IMG/VR virus record: IMGVR_UViG_3300022659_000035
Strand: one strand, 5' to 3'
DNA length: 33,431 bases
Source: a virus
Made by a program: the position numbers and the translations under genes. Shown here piece by piece: positions 17,340 to 24,807 of this stretch. The notes under the pieces were generated by a model. It searched no databases and was not told where the DNA came from. It worked only from the letters and a program-made list of their open reading frames with translations. Position 1 is the first letter of the stretch. Each line of letters opens with the position of its first letter.

Positions 17340-17887
17340 GTGGATACTCCTGCTGGCAGTCTATGTAGTGGTAAAGCGCAACCAGGACCCCCAAAACCCG
17401 GCACCATTTTCTTAGATGCCTCGATATAAGCTAAATGCGCCTCATAAGCTGAGTCAAATGAGCCTAGGTAGTGGTACTTACTGTTAACTTTTATGGATGC
17501 CCGGTATTTCTTTGCCCTTCTGCTCCACGACACGCCTTTGTAGCCACTTGTATTCCTTGAAGAAAGGCCGGTGTTATGAAGGTTTTCGGAGTTGGAGCAA
17601 TCCCTCAAATTACTGATTCTGTTGTCTGTTTTGTCTCCATTGATATGGTCAATGTAGCCATTTGGGAACGAACCATGCACATACAACCATGCCAGCCTGT
17701 GCGCCAGACAATAAAAGCCAGCGAACCTGATGTATAGATATCCTTTGCCTCCTATGCTGCCAGTTTCTTTCCAAAGAAACTCTTGATTGACCTTTGCGGT
17801 CTTTATTTTTCTGAACAACCCGGTTTCTGGGTCGTAGTGCAAATGTTCTTTGAGTAAGTCTTGAGTGATAAGATCGGTCTTAGCCAT
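17336..17887 (-). mobile_element. Free-standing HNH homing endonuclease (HNH_3 plus AP2-like domain), copy 2
   Basis: 183 aa with GYLYIRFAGFYCLAHRLAWLYVHG, DHINGDKTDNRISNLR and GYKGVSW..YRASIKV..HYLGSFDSAYEAHLAY. It is the most AT-rich segment of the window. AAGGAG RBS. It sits between terL and portal. Confidence 0.85.
17370..17377 (-). promoter_or_regulatory. GCTTTACC motif, copy 4
   Basis: Minus strand reads GGTTGCGCTTTACCACTACATAGACT, with 30 nt between the motif and the ATG at 17339. The 14-mer GGTTGCGCTTTACC recurs at 10144-10157. Confidence 0.5.
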
Positions 17888-17965
17888 GATGACTCCTTCT
17901 CAGTCGGATTGGTTAGAGCCTCCAGTCCACGCCAATGCACTGGGGGCTCGTTTATTTTGTTTGCG

Positions 17966-17973
17966 GGTAAAGC
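17966..17973 (-). promoter_or_regulatory. GCTTTACC motif, copy 5
   Basis: Minus strand reads TGACCGCTTTACCCGCAAACAAA, immediately after the terL stop and upstream of HNH copy 2. Confidence 0.45.
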
Positions 17974-17975
17974 GG

Positions 17976-19304
17976 TCATGCCACAAACCCCTTGGAGCGG
18001 TACTTGATCGGTGCAACCCGTGGGTCGCTCTGGCCCACAGACTCAAAGACCACGCACAGCAAACCAAAGCTGTCTGCCCCGTGCGATGACCAGTCATGCT
18101 CCGGCCCTAAGCCGATGTTGCGGACCTCATCACGCTTTTCGTGATACCAGCCCAAAGCCTCCAGCCCAGCGGCGCAGCCTTCCTCGTCCATGTAGATGGA
18201 TGGCCACACCCTTTGCGCCGACTTGATGCGACCCATTGCCGCGCCCTTGCCTTGGTTGGGCACCACCTCCACCGCATAGCCAGCAGCCTCAAACGCCTTG
18301 CGGTAGGACACATCGAATACGGCGTCTTGCTTGTCCCCGTCATGGGGTAGCCAGATGGTGGTGTTGGCCCCGTTGTAGCCGTTTTCTCGCAGCCATGTCA
18401 TGTGCGCCGAAGCTGGCTGGCCAACTGCCTCGTAATACTTCAGCACCCGAGGCTCCCGCCCAACGAACTGAGCGACCCATATGGTGAAGGCGTCTGCCTT
18501 TTGACCCGTGCCGCCCAAGTCGCAAAACGCTTTGTACGTCAGTAGTTCATCCGGTCCGACCCGGCCTATCCTGCGCTCTTCCCTGGCTCTGACAATGGCC
18601 TTGGCGTAATACGCACCCTTCACCGTGCCGATGTAGTCGCCTTCCCAGATGTGGTCGTACTGCTCCGGGTTCTCTTCCTTGTCCCTCAGACGGTCGCGCT
18701 CCAGCTTGGCCGGAAACCTGGGGTTATCTCGCCAGTTGCACTGCACCACCTTAATCAAGGGATCGTTGGAGAACCTGAACCGCCGATCTACCGGAGCCGT
18801 CCTCCTTTTCGGGTTCCATGTCACCCACAGTTCAGCGTTCCAGTTCTCACCCTCTTCCCGCAGCGTGGGGATCAGGGTCTGCCATGCATCGTCGGTCACC
18901 GGCTCGGCTTCATCCACCCAGCAGATAAGGATGCGCCCCTTGGACTTGATGGAGGCAATGTTTCTGTCCAGACCTGCGAAGGCAAACCAGATGCGGCCAT
19001 CCTTGGACTTGATGTACCTGTCCCCTACGTCGTAGTAGCTGGACAGCACAGGGTCATCCTGAATGGCTCGCTTGCATTCCTCCAGACTGGAGTCGTCCAG
19101 GGAGTTCATGAACTGACGGGCGCACAGGAGTTGTCCAGTCACTCCGCCCAAGCCAAATGCCATCCCGTAGGCGGCAATCATGGTAGCGAAAGATCGAGTC
19201 TTGCCAGATCCCCGACCACCGTATGCGCCCCTTACGTCTGCTGGCTTGCCATCAAAGACTTCCAGCAGCTTGGGGACAATCGCTATCTGATGAGTCCCAC
19301 TCAT
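17976..19304 (-). CDS. terL: Terminase large subunit
   Basis: 442 aa with Walker A GGRGSGKT, Walker B-like ILICWVDEAE, and a C-terminal nuclease region. It is coupled to the upstream small ORF. Confidence 0.9.
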   Translation of the reverse strand: MSGTHQIAIVPKLLEVFDGKPADVRGAYGGRGSGKTRSFATMIAAYGMAFGLGGVTGQLLCARQFMNSLDDSSLEECKRAIQDDPVLSSYYDVGDRYIKSKDGRIWFAFAGLDRNIASIKSKGRILICWVDEAEPVTDDAWQTLIPTLREEGENWNAELWVTWNPKRRTAPVDRRFRFSNDPLIKVVQCNWRDNPRFPAKLERDRLRDKEENPEQYDHIWEGDYIGTVKGAYYAKAIVRAREERRIGRVGPDELLTYKAFCDLGGTGQKADAFTIWVAQFVGREPRVLKYYEAVGQPASAHMTWLRENGYNGANTTIWLPHDGDKQDAVFDVSYRKAFEAAGYAVEVVPNQGKGAAMGRIKSAQRVWPSIYMDEEGCAAGLEALGWYHEKRDEVRNIGLGPEHDWSSHGADSFGLLCVVFESVGQSDPRVAPIKYRSKGFVA

Positions 19305-19543
19305 TTCAGCGGGACGATCTCAAGGCGGGTGATGGACTGGATCGGCTGTTCCTCATCTCCAACGTGTTGAATCGTCTGAAGTTTTGGAACTGACCTATCT
19401 AGGAGCGAGTTGATCGCTTGAACCTGTACCGGCGTCAATTCAACCTTCCCCATCGCACAGTTGTGCAGGCGAGTGATAAGCGCCGAGGCTTGGATTTTTG
19501 CTCTGACTTGCTCAGAGTGCATTCGGTTTAAACGTGCTGCCAT
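19301..19543 (-). CDS. terS: Putative terminase small subunit
   Basis: 80 aa (MAARLNRMHSEQVRAKIQASALITRLHNCAMGKVELTPVQVQAINSLLDRSVPKL). ATGA overlap with terL. The call rests on position and a remembered pattern only. Confidence 0.5.
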   Translation of the reverse strand: MAARLNRMHSEQVRAKIQASALITRLHNCAMGKVELTPVQVQAINSLLDRSVPKLQTIQHVGDEEQPIQSITRLEIVPLK

Positions 19544-19552
19544 AACGAGTCC

Positions 19553-19894
19553 TTACGGGTGTTCGTTGCTCTTATTGTCGGAAGTAGTAAAGCAGGGTAG
19601 ATCCGTCCTGATGATCTTCACATCGAAGATGAAACTGACGCCCTTGAGTTCATCATTGATTGGCTCAGTCCACTCCCCTGGCAGGTGGTACACATGGCGA
19701 CCCAACTTGTCTCGCTTGCAGGAAATCACGCCAGTGCGCGACAGGTTATGGATGGCCGACCGAACCCTCCCGTATCTTAGTCCAGTGGCCTTGACCACAT
19801 CCTTCAAGGTTCTACTGCCGCTCTCAATCGCACTGAGTACGGTACGCATGGTGGACGGCTTTTCCAGTGGCAGGGGACGTCCTTTGCGTATCAT
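19553..19894 (-). CDS. Winged-helix (MarR/ArsR-like) DNA-binding protein
   Basis: I take the start at 19894 (MIRKGRPLPLEKPSTMRTVLSAIESGSRTLKDVVKATGLRYGRVRSAIHNLSRTGVISCKRD), an ATGA overlap. I reject the longer track ORF. Confidence 0.6.
   Translation of the reverse strand: MIRKGRPLPLEKPSTMRTVLSAIESGSRTLKDVVKATGLRYGRVRSAIHNLSRTGVISCKRDKLGRHVYHLPGEWTEPINDELKGVSFIFDVKIIRTDLPCFTTSDNKSNEHP
19586..19593 (-). promoter_or_regulatory. GCTTTACC motif, variant copy 6 (GCTTTACT)
   Basis: Minus strand reads CTGCTTTACTACTTCCGACA, inside the 3' end of 19553..19894. There are 42 nt between the motif and the terS ATG. Confidence 0.35.
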
Positions 19895-20100
19895 TTCCCG
19901 TCGTCCTCCTGGGCTTGCAGAACACATTCCAGCTTGGTCAGGTACACCGCCAGATCCAATGCCTCTTCCTTGGCATGACGGACCCACTCGATCAGTGCCA
20001 GTGGGTTGTCTGCCACGGTCGTGCCGTACTTGCTCATGCCGAGCTGCTGCCTCTTGGCAATTTCCCTGCACACCAGGGCTTCGATGCCTGTCACCCTCAT
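19891..20100 (-). CDS. Small all-helical hypothetical protein; possible MazG-like NTP-pyrophosphohydrolase fold, uncertain
   Basis: I take the start at 20100 (MRVTGIEALVCREIAKRQQLGMSKYGTTVADNPLALIEWVRHAKEEALDLAVYL). GGAGGA RBS. ATGA overlap. Confidence 0.6.
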   Translation of the reverse strand: MRVTGIEALVCREIAKRQQLGMSKYGTTVADNPLALIEWVRHAKEEALDLAVYLTKLECVLQAQEDDGK

Positions 20101-20624
20101 GCCCGATTCCTCCCCTCGTTGGCCGCCAGGCCGGTGAACAGGCCGGCAAACGGGTTGCGCTGCTGCTGCAGCGGCACCCAGCGTTCGCCAGACCACACCT
20201 TCTTCACGGTGCTCGCACTGATGCCGTACTGCACCGCCACGTCCACCAGCTCAGCCCGGCCCTTGAGCGATCGCACCTCATCGGCCAGCACCTGCGTCAG
20301 CTTCGTCCCTGGGTGAATGGCTTTGGCCCTGTGCCCGCCGGCCACTTTTCGGGCCACCACATCAGGGCGCTTGACAGCTTCTCGCACCACCCGGGCCTTC
20401 GTCCTGGCTTCCAGGTGCGCCACGCACAACGGCCGCCCACAGGTACACGACACCACCATGCTTCGTGGCAGTGGCGGGTTGTCTGCCTCCCACACCCACT
20501 GCCGAACCGTCCGCTTGCGGTACATCGGGTGGCCCTTGTTGGTCGTGCTGCCCGTCCAGATCAGGCAGTCGCCATCCTCACGGGTAAACCTCGCCAGCAT
20601 GGCCATTACTTCGTCCTTCGTCAT
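20097..20624 (-). CDS. Degenerate His-Me-finger (HNH-like) zinc module fused to a C-terminal HTH; candidate regulator
   Basis: 175 aa with DGDCLIWTGSTTNKGHPMY and VVSCTCGRPLCVAHLE. This resembles the CxxW..G / VxHxCxNxxCxNPxHL pattern but lacks the usual His. The C-terminal HTH reads ELVDVAVQYGISASTVKKVWSGERW. Confidence 0.6.
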   Translation of the reverse strand: MTKDEVMAMLARFTREDGDCLIWTGSTTNKGHPMYRKRTVRQWVWEADNPPLPRSMVVSCTCGRPLCVAHLEARTKARVVREAVKRPDVVARKVAGGHRAKAIHPGTKLTQVLADEVRSLKGRAELVDVAVQYGISASTVKKVWSGERWVPLQQQRNPFAGLFTGLAANEGRNRA

Positions 20625-20887
20625 TGACTCACCATCTCCACTGCTTTGTTGATCGCTTGCAACTCATTCATGCGGCGCAGCTTCCAGCGCATCCGCGTCC
20701 CATGCCAGCCATCCGGTCCACGGTGGCACGCCGGGCACAAGGGCATCGAGGCAAACCACAGCCCCTGTTCTGGCTCATGCACCTCGCTGGGCCCCGGCGC
20801 GTCACACACCACGCAGGGCAGTTGCGCCAGCTTTTCGATATGGCGGCGCTCGGCTGCCGTAGGGGCCGGCTTGTTCTTGCTTTTCAT
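20621..20887 (-). CDS. Ref-like or small HNH-type nuclease
   Basis: 88 aa with ERRHIEKLAQLPCVVCDAPGPSEVHEPEQG and MPLCPACHRGPDGWHG. ATGA coupling at both ends. Confidence 0.55.
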   Translation of the reverse strand: MKSKNKPAPTAAERRHIEKLAQLPCVVCDAPGPSEVHEPEQGLWFASMPLCPACHRGPDGWHGTRMRWKLRRMNELQAINKAVEMVSQ

Positions 20888-21297
20888 GCGTGCGGCTCCA
20901 GGTCGTAGAACGTCACGCCCAGCTCGGTCGCTGCATAGGCCTCCACCTGGTCGCTGAACTCGCAGAACTGCGCCGTGGTCAGCCCCGTGGAGCTTTGCCC
21001 CACCACCTCACCGTTTGGCAGCTCCACCACGCCGATGAACTTGCGCTTGAACAGCTCGTGCCAGGTTTCGGCTGGGTACAGCCTGCCGTTCACGGTCGCC
21101 TGTTCGGCCACCTGCTTCAGCACCCCATTGCCCCAGTAGCGGCGGTTCTGCTTCGGCGTGCGCTTGCGCCGGGTCACGGTCAGCACCCAACGGCCGCCCG
21201 CCTGCATCACCGTGGCCAGGAACGGGAACAGCTGCGCCTTGATCGCCGCCCAGGCTTGCTGGCGGTTGTGCAACTCAATCACCAGCTGCTCAGCCAT
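20884..21297 (-). CDS. ninB: NinB/Orf-family recombination mediator
   Basis: ATG at 21297 with a GGAGG RBS. The protein contains RRKRTPKQNRRYWGNGVLKQVAEQ and GLTTAQFCEFSDQVEAYAATELGV. Confidence 0.65.
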   Translation of the reverse strand: MAEQLVIELHNRQQAWAAIKAQLFPFLATVMQAGGRWVLTVTRRKRTPKQNRRYWGNGVLKQVAEQATVNGRLYPAETWHELFKRKFIGVVELPNGEVVGQSSTGLTTAQFCEFSDQVEAYAATELGVTFYDLEPHA

Positions 21298-21646
21298 GCG
21301 CCACCTCCACCCGCACAAACCCACCCACCTCGCCGGCCGGGGCTTTGCGAATCGTCAGTGACCACTTGGAATCGTCCACACGCAGGGCGTCGGCCAGGCC
21401 ATCCAGGCCCGACTTCATACGCGCCAGCGCGTTGTCCAGGTCGTACTGGCGCCGGGTTGGTGGCACGAACGTCAGCGTCAGGTGCAGCTTGTCGGCGTTC
21501 ATCGGATGGGCGCCCTGGCTCGCGGCCGTCCAGGCGCAGGCCTCTCGGTACTGGCGCTTCAGCTTGGCCAGCTTGGCCCAGTGGTTGCGCGCGTTGGGGC
21601 TCAGGCCCGCCGGCGGCCATGGCAGGGTGATCGTCAGACTCAACGC
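21290..21646 (-). CDS. rusA: RusA-family Holliday-junction resolvase
   Basis: ITLPWPPAGLSPNARNHWAKLAKLKRQYRE, plus DLDNALARMKSGLDGL. I prefer the TTG at 21646 (GGAGG 5 nt upstream) over the track start at 21655. Confidence 0.8.
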   Translation of the reverse strand, partial: ALSLTITLPWPPAGLSPNARNHWAKLAKLKRQYREACAWTAASQGAHPMNADKLHLTLTFVPPTRRQYDLDNALARMKSGLDGLADALRVDDSKWSLTIRKAPAGEVGGFVRVEVAHG

Positions 21647-21834
21647 GACCTCCAAAACATCTCGCGGGCCTCCACCGACTCTGGCGCGGCCTCATTCCAA
21701 TCGGCACAAAAACAGCCCGCCACCGGGATGCGGCCAGGGTGCTTCAGGCAAAAGCCGAACCCTTCCTTGGCCAGCGCCTTGTTGCGTTGGGCCAGCCCCC
21801 GAACGTCCATGTGTGCACAGTCGCGGCAGTTCAT
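21640..21834 (-). CDS. Small Cys-rich (zinc-finger-like) protein
   Basis: ATG at 21834 overlaps the helicase stop (ATGA). The protein begins MNCRDCAHMDVRGLAQRNKALAKEGFGFCLKHPGRIPVAGCFCADW. Confidence 0.55.
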   Translation of the reverse strand: MNCRDCAHMDVRGLAQRNKALAKEGFGFCLKHPGRIPVAGCFCADWNEAAPESVEAREMFWRSR

Positions 21835-22820
21835 CGGTAATCCGGCGTCCTGTGGTGGGGGTAAATGGGAAAGAACAACGGCGGATCGCCCTCGTTGCTC
21901 ACGTACTGGCCCGCGTCGCGGTTGAACCACAGCGCAATCGTGGGCTCACCCTCGCCGCTGCCCTCGTAGTTGCGCTGCTTGCGGCAAAACAGGATCTGGT
22001 CGGGCTCGGCCTGCTTCTGGTTGCGGCCCTCCTTTCGATCCTCTTCCTTGCCCTTGTTGCGCCACACCAAAAACAGGTTATCTGGCTGGTCCACGATGGC
22101 GCCCGAACCCTTCACGTCGCCCTTGTCAGGCCGCTCGGTTTCCTTCGGTGGCTTCTTCAGGTGGTGAACGATGTGGACATGCACCCCGTAGTCCTGGGCA
22201 ATCACCATCATCTCGTCCACAAACGCCTTCTGGCCGTTGTAGTCGTCTTCAGCCTTCACGCACTTTGCCAGGTTGTCCACAAAGATGTGGTTGATGCCCA
22301 TCTCCTTGGCGCAGTAGCGGGCCATGCCGATAACCTTTGTGCCTTCGACGCTGCCAACGTGGTCGTACAGCCACAGGCGGCCATCAGTCCATTCGCTGAA
22401 CTCGTCGTACAGCTCCTCGATGGCCTCGATACCGCCGTCGCCCTGAAACTCCGGCGAAAACGGGTTCATGCCCACAAACATGCGCGCCATCCGCTGCATG
22501 TTCACCACCGGCTTCAGCTCAAAGCTGGCAATCACCACCTTCTCGCCCTGCCCCATGAGGGACAGCGCCACCTGACTCGTCACCTGGCTCTTGCCGTGCC
22601 CGTTCTGCCCAGCCCAGATCGTCACCTCACCCTTGCGGAAATCGAAGCTCTCGCGGGTCTTCTCCCAGGGCAGATACACCATCCGCTGGTCACGCCGGCC
22701 CCTCAGCCGGTCCTTCAGCGCCTGCTTGTAGCTCGATGCCGGCCGCACCTTCGTCTGCGCGTCCGTCTCGCGCAGGTAAAGGTTGAAGTCGATCATGTCG
22801 TCGTCAAAGATCGCAGCCAT
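21831..22820 (-). CDS. DnaB-like (RecA-fold) replicative helicase
   Basis: I take the start at 22820 (MAAIFDDDM) with an AGGAGGTG RBS. Walker A GQNGHGKS, Walker B HIFVDNL, and a KGSGAIVDQPDNLF motif. Confidence 0.8.
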   Translation of the reverse strand: MAAIFDDDMIDFNLYLRETDAQTKVRPASSYKQALKDRLRGRRDQRMVYLPWEKTRESFDFRKGEVTIWAGQNGHGKSQVTSQVALSLMGQGEKVVIASFELKPVVNMQRMARMFVGMNPFSPEFQGDGGIEAIEELYDEFSEWTDGRLWLYDHVGSVEGTKVIGMARYCAKEMGINHIFVDNLAKCVKAEDDYNGQKAFVDEMMVIAQDYGVHVHIVHHLKKPPKETERPDKGDVKGSGAIVDQPDNLFLVWRNKGKEEDRKEGRNQKQAEPDQILFCRKQRNYEGSGEGEPTIALWFNRDAGQYVSNEGDPPLFFPIYPHHRTPDYR

Positions 22821-23167
22821 CACGCCACCTCCTGGACGGGCTTCACCCACACCTGAGACCAGCCAGACTGCTCCCAATGCCTCCGGTCGTCCTGCACATG
22901 GCAGGCGGCCACAGCGGCGGCGCCTGCGGCGCGGCACTGCTCAAACAAAGCCTTGGCGCGGATCTCCGACTTGGCGCTGATGCTCACCCGAAGGCCGACC
23001 AGGAACCGCAGGTCCAGCAGCTGGATCACATCGCCATCGGTGCAAATCGTCACCGCATCCCCGGGGTTGTCAAACCAGTCCGTGGCGCAGCTCCAGTCGT
23101 TGACGAAGACTGTGCGGGGCGCCTTGCCAGCGCGGCGAAGGTCGATCAATCGTTCGTGGCCACGCAT
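22820..23167 (-). CDS. Hypothetical protein between the replication initiator and the helicase
   Basis: ATG at 23167 (MRGHERLIDLRRAGKAPRTVFVNDW). TGATG overlap with the upstream stop. High GC3. Confidence 0.6.
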   Translation of the reverse strand: MRGHERLIDLRRAGKAPRTVFVNDWSCATDWFDNPGDAVTICTDGDVIQLLDLRFLVGLRVSISAKSEIRAKALFEQCRAAGAAAVAACHVQDDRRHWEQSGWSQVWVKPVQEVA

Positions 23168-23994
23168 CAAATCGCTCCCGCAAAAATTGGGTTCGAACGC
23201 CAGTTGCAAGCGGCGTTCGTCACCTCTGGGCCCGCCACCTCGTCCTGCCAGCGGCCCTGGTTCAGCCAGGTCGCCGGGTGCGGAATGAACTGCCCACCCT
23301 CCTTGCGCCACTCGTCCGTTTGACTCTGCAGCGCCACCGCCGCCAGCATGGCCGCCAGCAACCGCTCGTCCGGTTTTCGTTTTTCAAACGCTCGCTTGGC
23401 CGCGTCTTTGCCAACCTTCCGGGGGTACGCTCTCCAGAACCGCTCGAACCTCTCCACAACCCCCGGCGATTTCGCTGGGGGTTTGGGGGTATTCAGTGAA
23501 TCAGGATTCAGTGAATCAGGATTCAGGGTGTTTTTGCCCTGAGTCTTAACGGGTGGGTCACAGGTGTCTAACAGTGAGTCACCGTTACCTTCTTCTGTTT
23601 TAACGTTATTTTTCCGCTTTGAACCAGTGACATAACCGTTACTGCCCCGTTCATGCACAGTCATCGCACCGGTTTCATCCGGCAACTCACTGTCTTTTTC
23701 GGTGCCGTGCGGGGTCTGGTGCTTGTGAAAGTTGACGATGGAAATGACGCGCACACCGCCAACCTCGTAGCGCGTGACGAAACCATTTCGAGCCAACTCT
23801 TGCAGCCCGCTGTCCACGTCAAAGGCATCACACGGAAACAGCTCCATCTTGATGCGCTTCGGGCGATCCTCAATGCGGCCCTCGCGGTCGGCAAGGCACC
23901 ACAACCCAATGAACAGCAGCCGGTCGAAAGCCCCCATCTCCACAAGAAGCTCGTTCTTGAAGAATGACGGCTTGATGTTTCGTGCTCTTGCCAT
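23167..23994 (-). CDS. Replication initiator or replisome organiser (lambda O-like role)
   Basis: MARARNIKPSFFKNELLVEMGAFDRLLFIGLWCLADREGRIEDRPKRIK at the N-terminus and FERFWRAYPRKVGKDAAKRAF at the C-terminus. The central low-complexity linker carries DNA iterons. Confidence 0.75.
   Translation of the reverse strand: MARARNIKPSFFKNELLVEMGAFDRLLFIGLWCLADREGRIEDRPKRIKMELFPCDAFDVDSGLQELARNGFVTRYEVGGVRVISIVNFHKHQTPHGTEKDSELPDETGAMTVHERGSNGYVTGSKRKNNVKTEEGNGDSLLDTCDPPVKTQGKNTLNPDSLNPDSLNTPKPPAKSPGVVERFERFWRAYPRKVGKDAAKRAFEKRKPDERLLAAMLAAVALQSQTDEWRKEGGQFIPHPATWLNQGRWQDEVAGPEVTNAACNWRSNPIFAGAI
23491..23527. repeat. Tandem 15-bp iterons (ATTCAGTGAATCAGG, 2.5 copies) inside the initiator gene; candidate origin of replication
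   Basis: Exact copies at 23491-23505 and 23506-23520, with a partial copy at 23521-23527. Each unit holds the palindrome ATTCA-G-TGAAT. An AT-rich stretch lies at about 23591-23625. The repeats encode LNPDSLNPDSLN. Confidence 0.6.
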
Positions 23995-24293
23995 CAAACC
24001 CTCCCGGCCACTTCTTCACGGTCGTGTTCCGCAAAGTCGGCAGCCAACATTGCGGCGCTCAGGTACTTGCATTCCTCCTGGGAGCCAATGAAGGCGCCCG
24101 CCACAAACGAGTCGCGCAGCACGACCAGCAGGTCGCAAACTTCGCCATGCTCTTTGGCCGCTGCGCGCAACCGCTCAACAATCTTGATTTGCTCTGGGCT
24201 CACGTCCATCTCCATGGCATCGCAAAAATGGCCAGCGGCAGGCAGGCGATGGAACTGCTTTTCGGGAGCTACCCTAGCCGTGGTCAAAACCAT
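23994..24293 (-). CDS. Hypothetical early protein
   Basis: ATG at 24293 (MVLTTARVAPEKQFHRL). TGATG overlaps at both ends. Confidence 0.55.
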   Translation of the reverse strand: MVLTTARVAPEKQFHRLPAAGHFCDAMEMDVSPEQIKIVERLRAAAKEHGEVCDLLVVLRDSFVAGAFIGSQEECKYLSAAMLAADFAEHDREEVAGRV

Positions 24294-24589
24294 CACACCC
24301 CCACCCATCCCCTGGCCTCCGTGCCATTGCCAAACGCACGACGAAACCAGCCGCCCTGCTCCGGCCGGCGGATCACGCCTTGCTCGGCCAGCCGCGTGTA
24401 AATCGTCCCGGTGCAGCGGAAGTCGCGCGACGGAATGATTCCGCGGCGGATCGCCTCGGTGGTCACGTCCTCGCTGGAAAAGAAGCGGCCACGGTGCTTG
24501 CGAGCGAACTCGATCACCAAGCCCTCGTAGTCCTGCTCAAAGCTGCGAGGCTCATCTACATCAAACATGGGGAGTTGTTGAGCGCTCAT
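24293..24589 (-). CDS. Hypothetical early protein
   Basis: 98 aa (MSAQQLPMFDVDEPRSFEQDYEGLVIEFARKHRGRFFSSEDV). ATGA coupling to the upstream gene. Confidence 0.6.
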   Translation of the reverse strand: MSAQQLPMFDVDEPRSFEQDYEGLVIEFARKHRGRFFSSEDVTTEAIRRGIIPSRDFRCTGTIYTRLAEQGVIRRPEQGGWFRRAFGNGTEARGWVGV

Positions 24590-24804
24590 TCCGCATGTCC
24601 TCCTGATGCATCCGGCATCAGCGGATTGCCGCGCAGCACGCGGGCGATCACACTGACCTCATGCGTTACCTTCTTCACCTCGGCCTCCAGCACCTGCACC
24701 ACGTAGGCGTGGCGGTCCATGCCTTTGGCCATGGCGATGCCGTCCAAGGCAGCAGCCAGGTCGTGCGGCACCAGTCCGCGCAGCTCGGTCTTGTCGTTGG
24801 CCAT
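24586..24804 (-). CDS. Ribbon-helix-helix-like small DNA-binding protein, in the position lambda cII occupies
   Basis: 72 aa. LRGLVPHDLAAALDGIAMAKGMDRHAYVVQVLEAEVKK fits a strand-helix-helix pattern. It starts 3 nt after the cro stop. Confidence 0.55.
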   Translation of the reverse strand: MANDKTELRGLVPHDLAAALDGIAMAKGMDRHAYVVQVLEAEVKKVTHEVSVIARVLRGNPLMPDASGGHAE

Positions 24805-24807
24805 GGG

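Noticed and set aside
21345-22856. 503-aa plus-strand ORF
   Set aside because: It lies antisense to the RusA, Zn-finger and helicase genes, so I treat it as a shadow ORF.
23491-23527. Short tandem repeats considered as a CRISPR or minisatellite
   Set aside because: The repeats are directly adjacent with no spacers. There are only 2.5 copies and they lie inside a coding linker. I interpret them as iterons instead.
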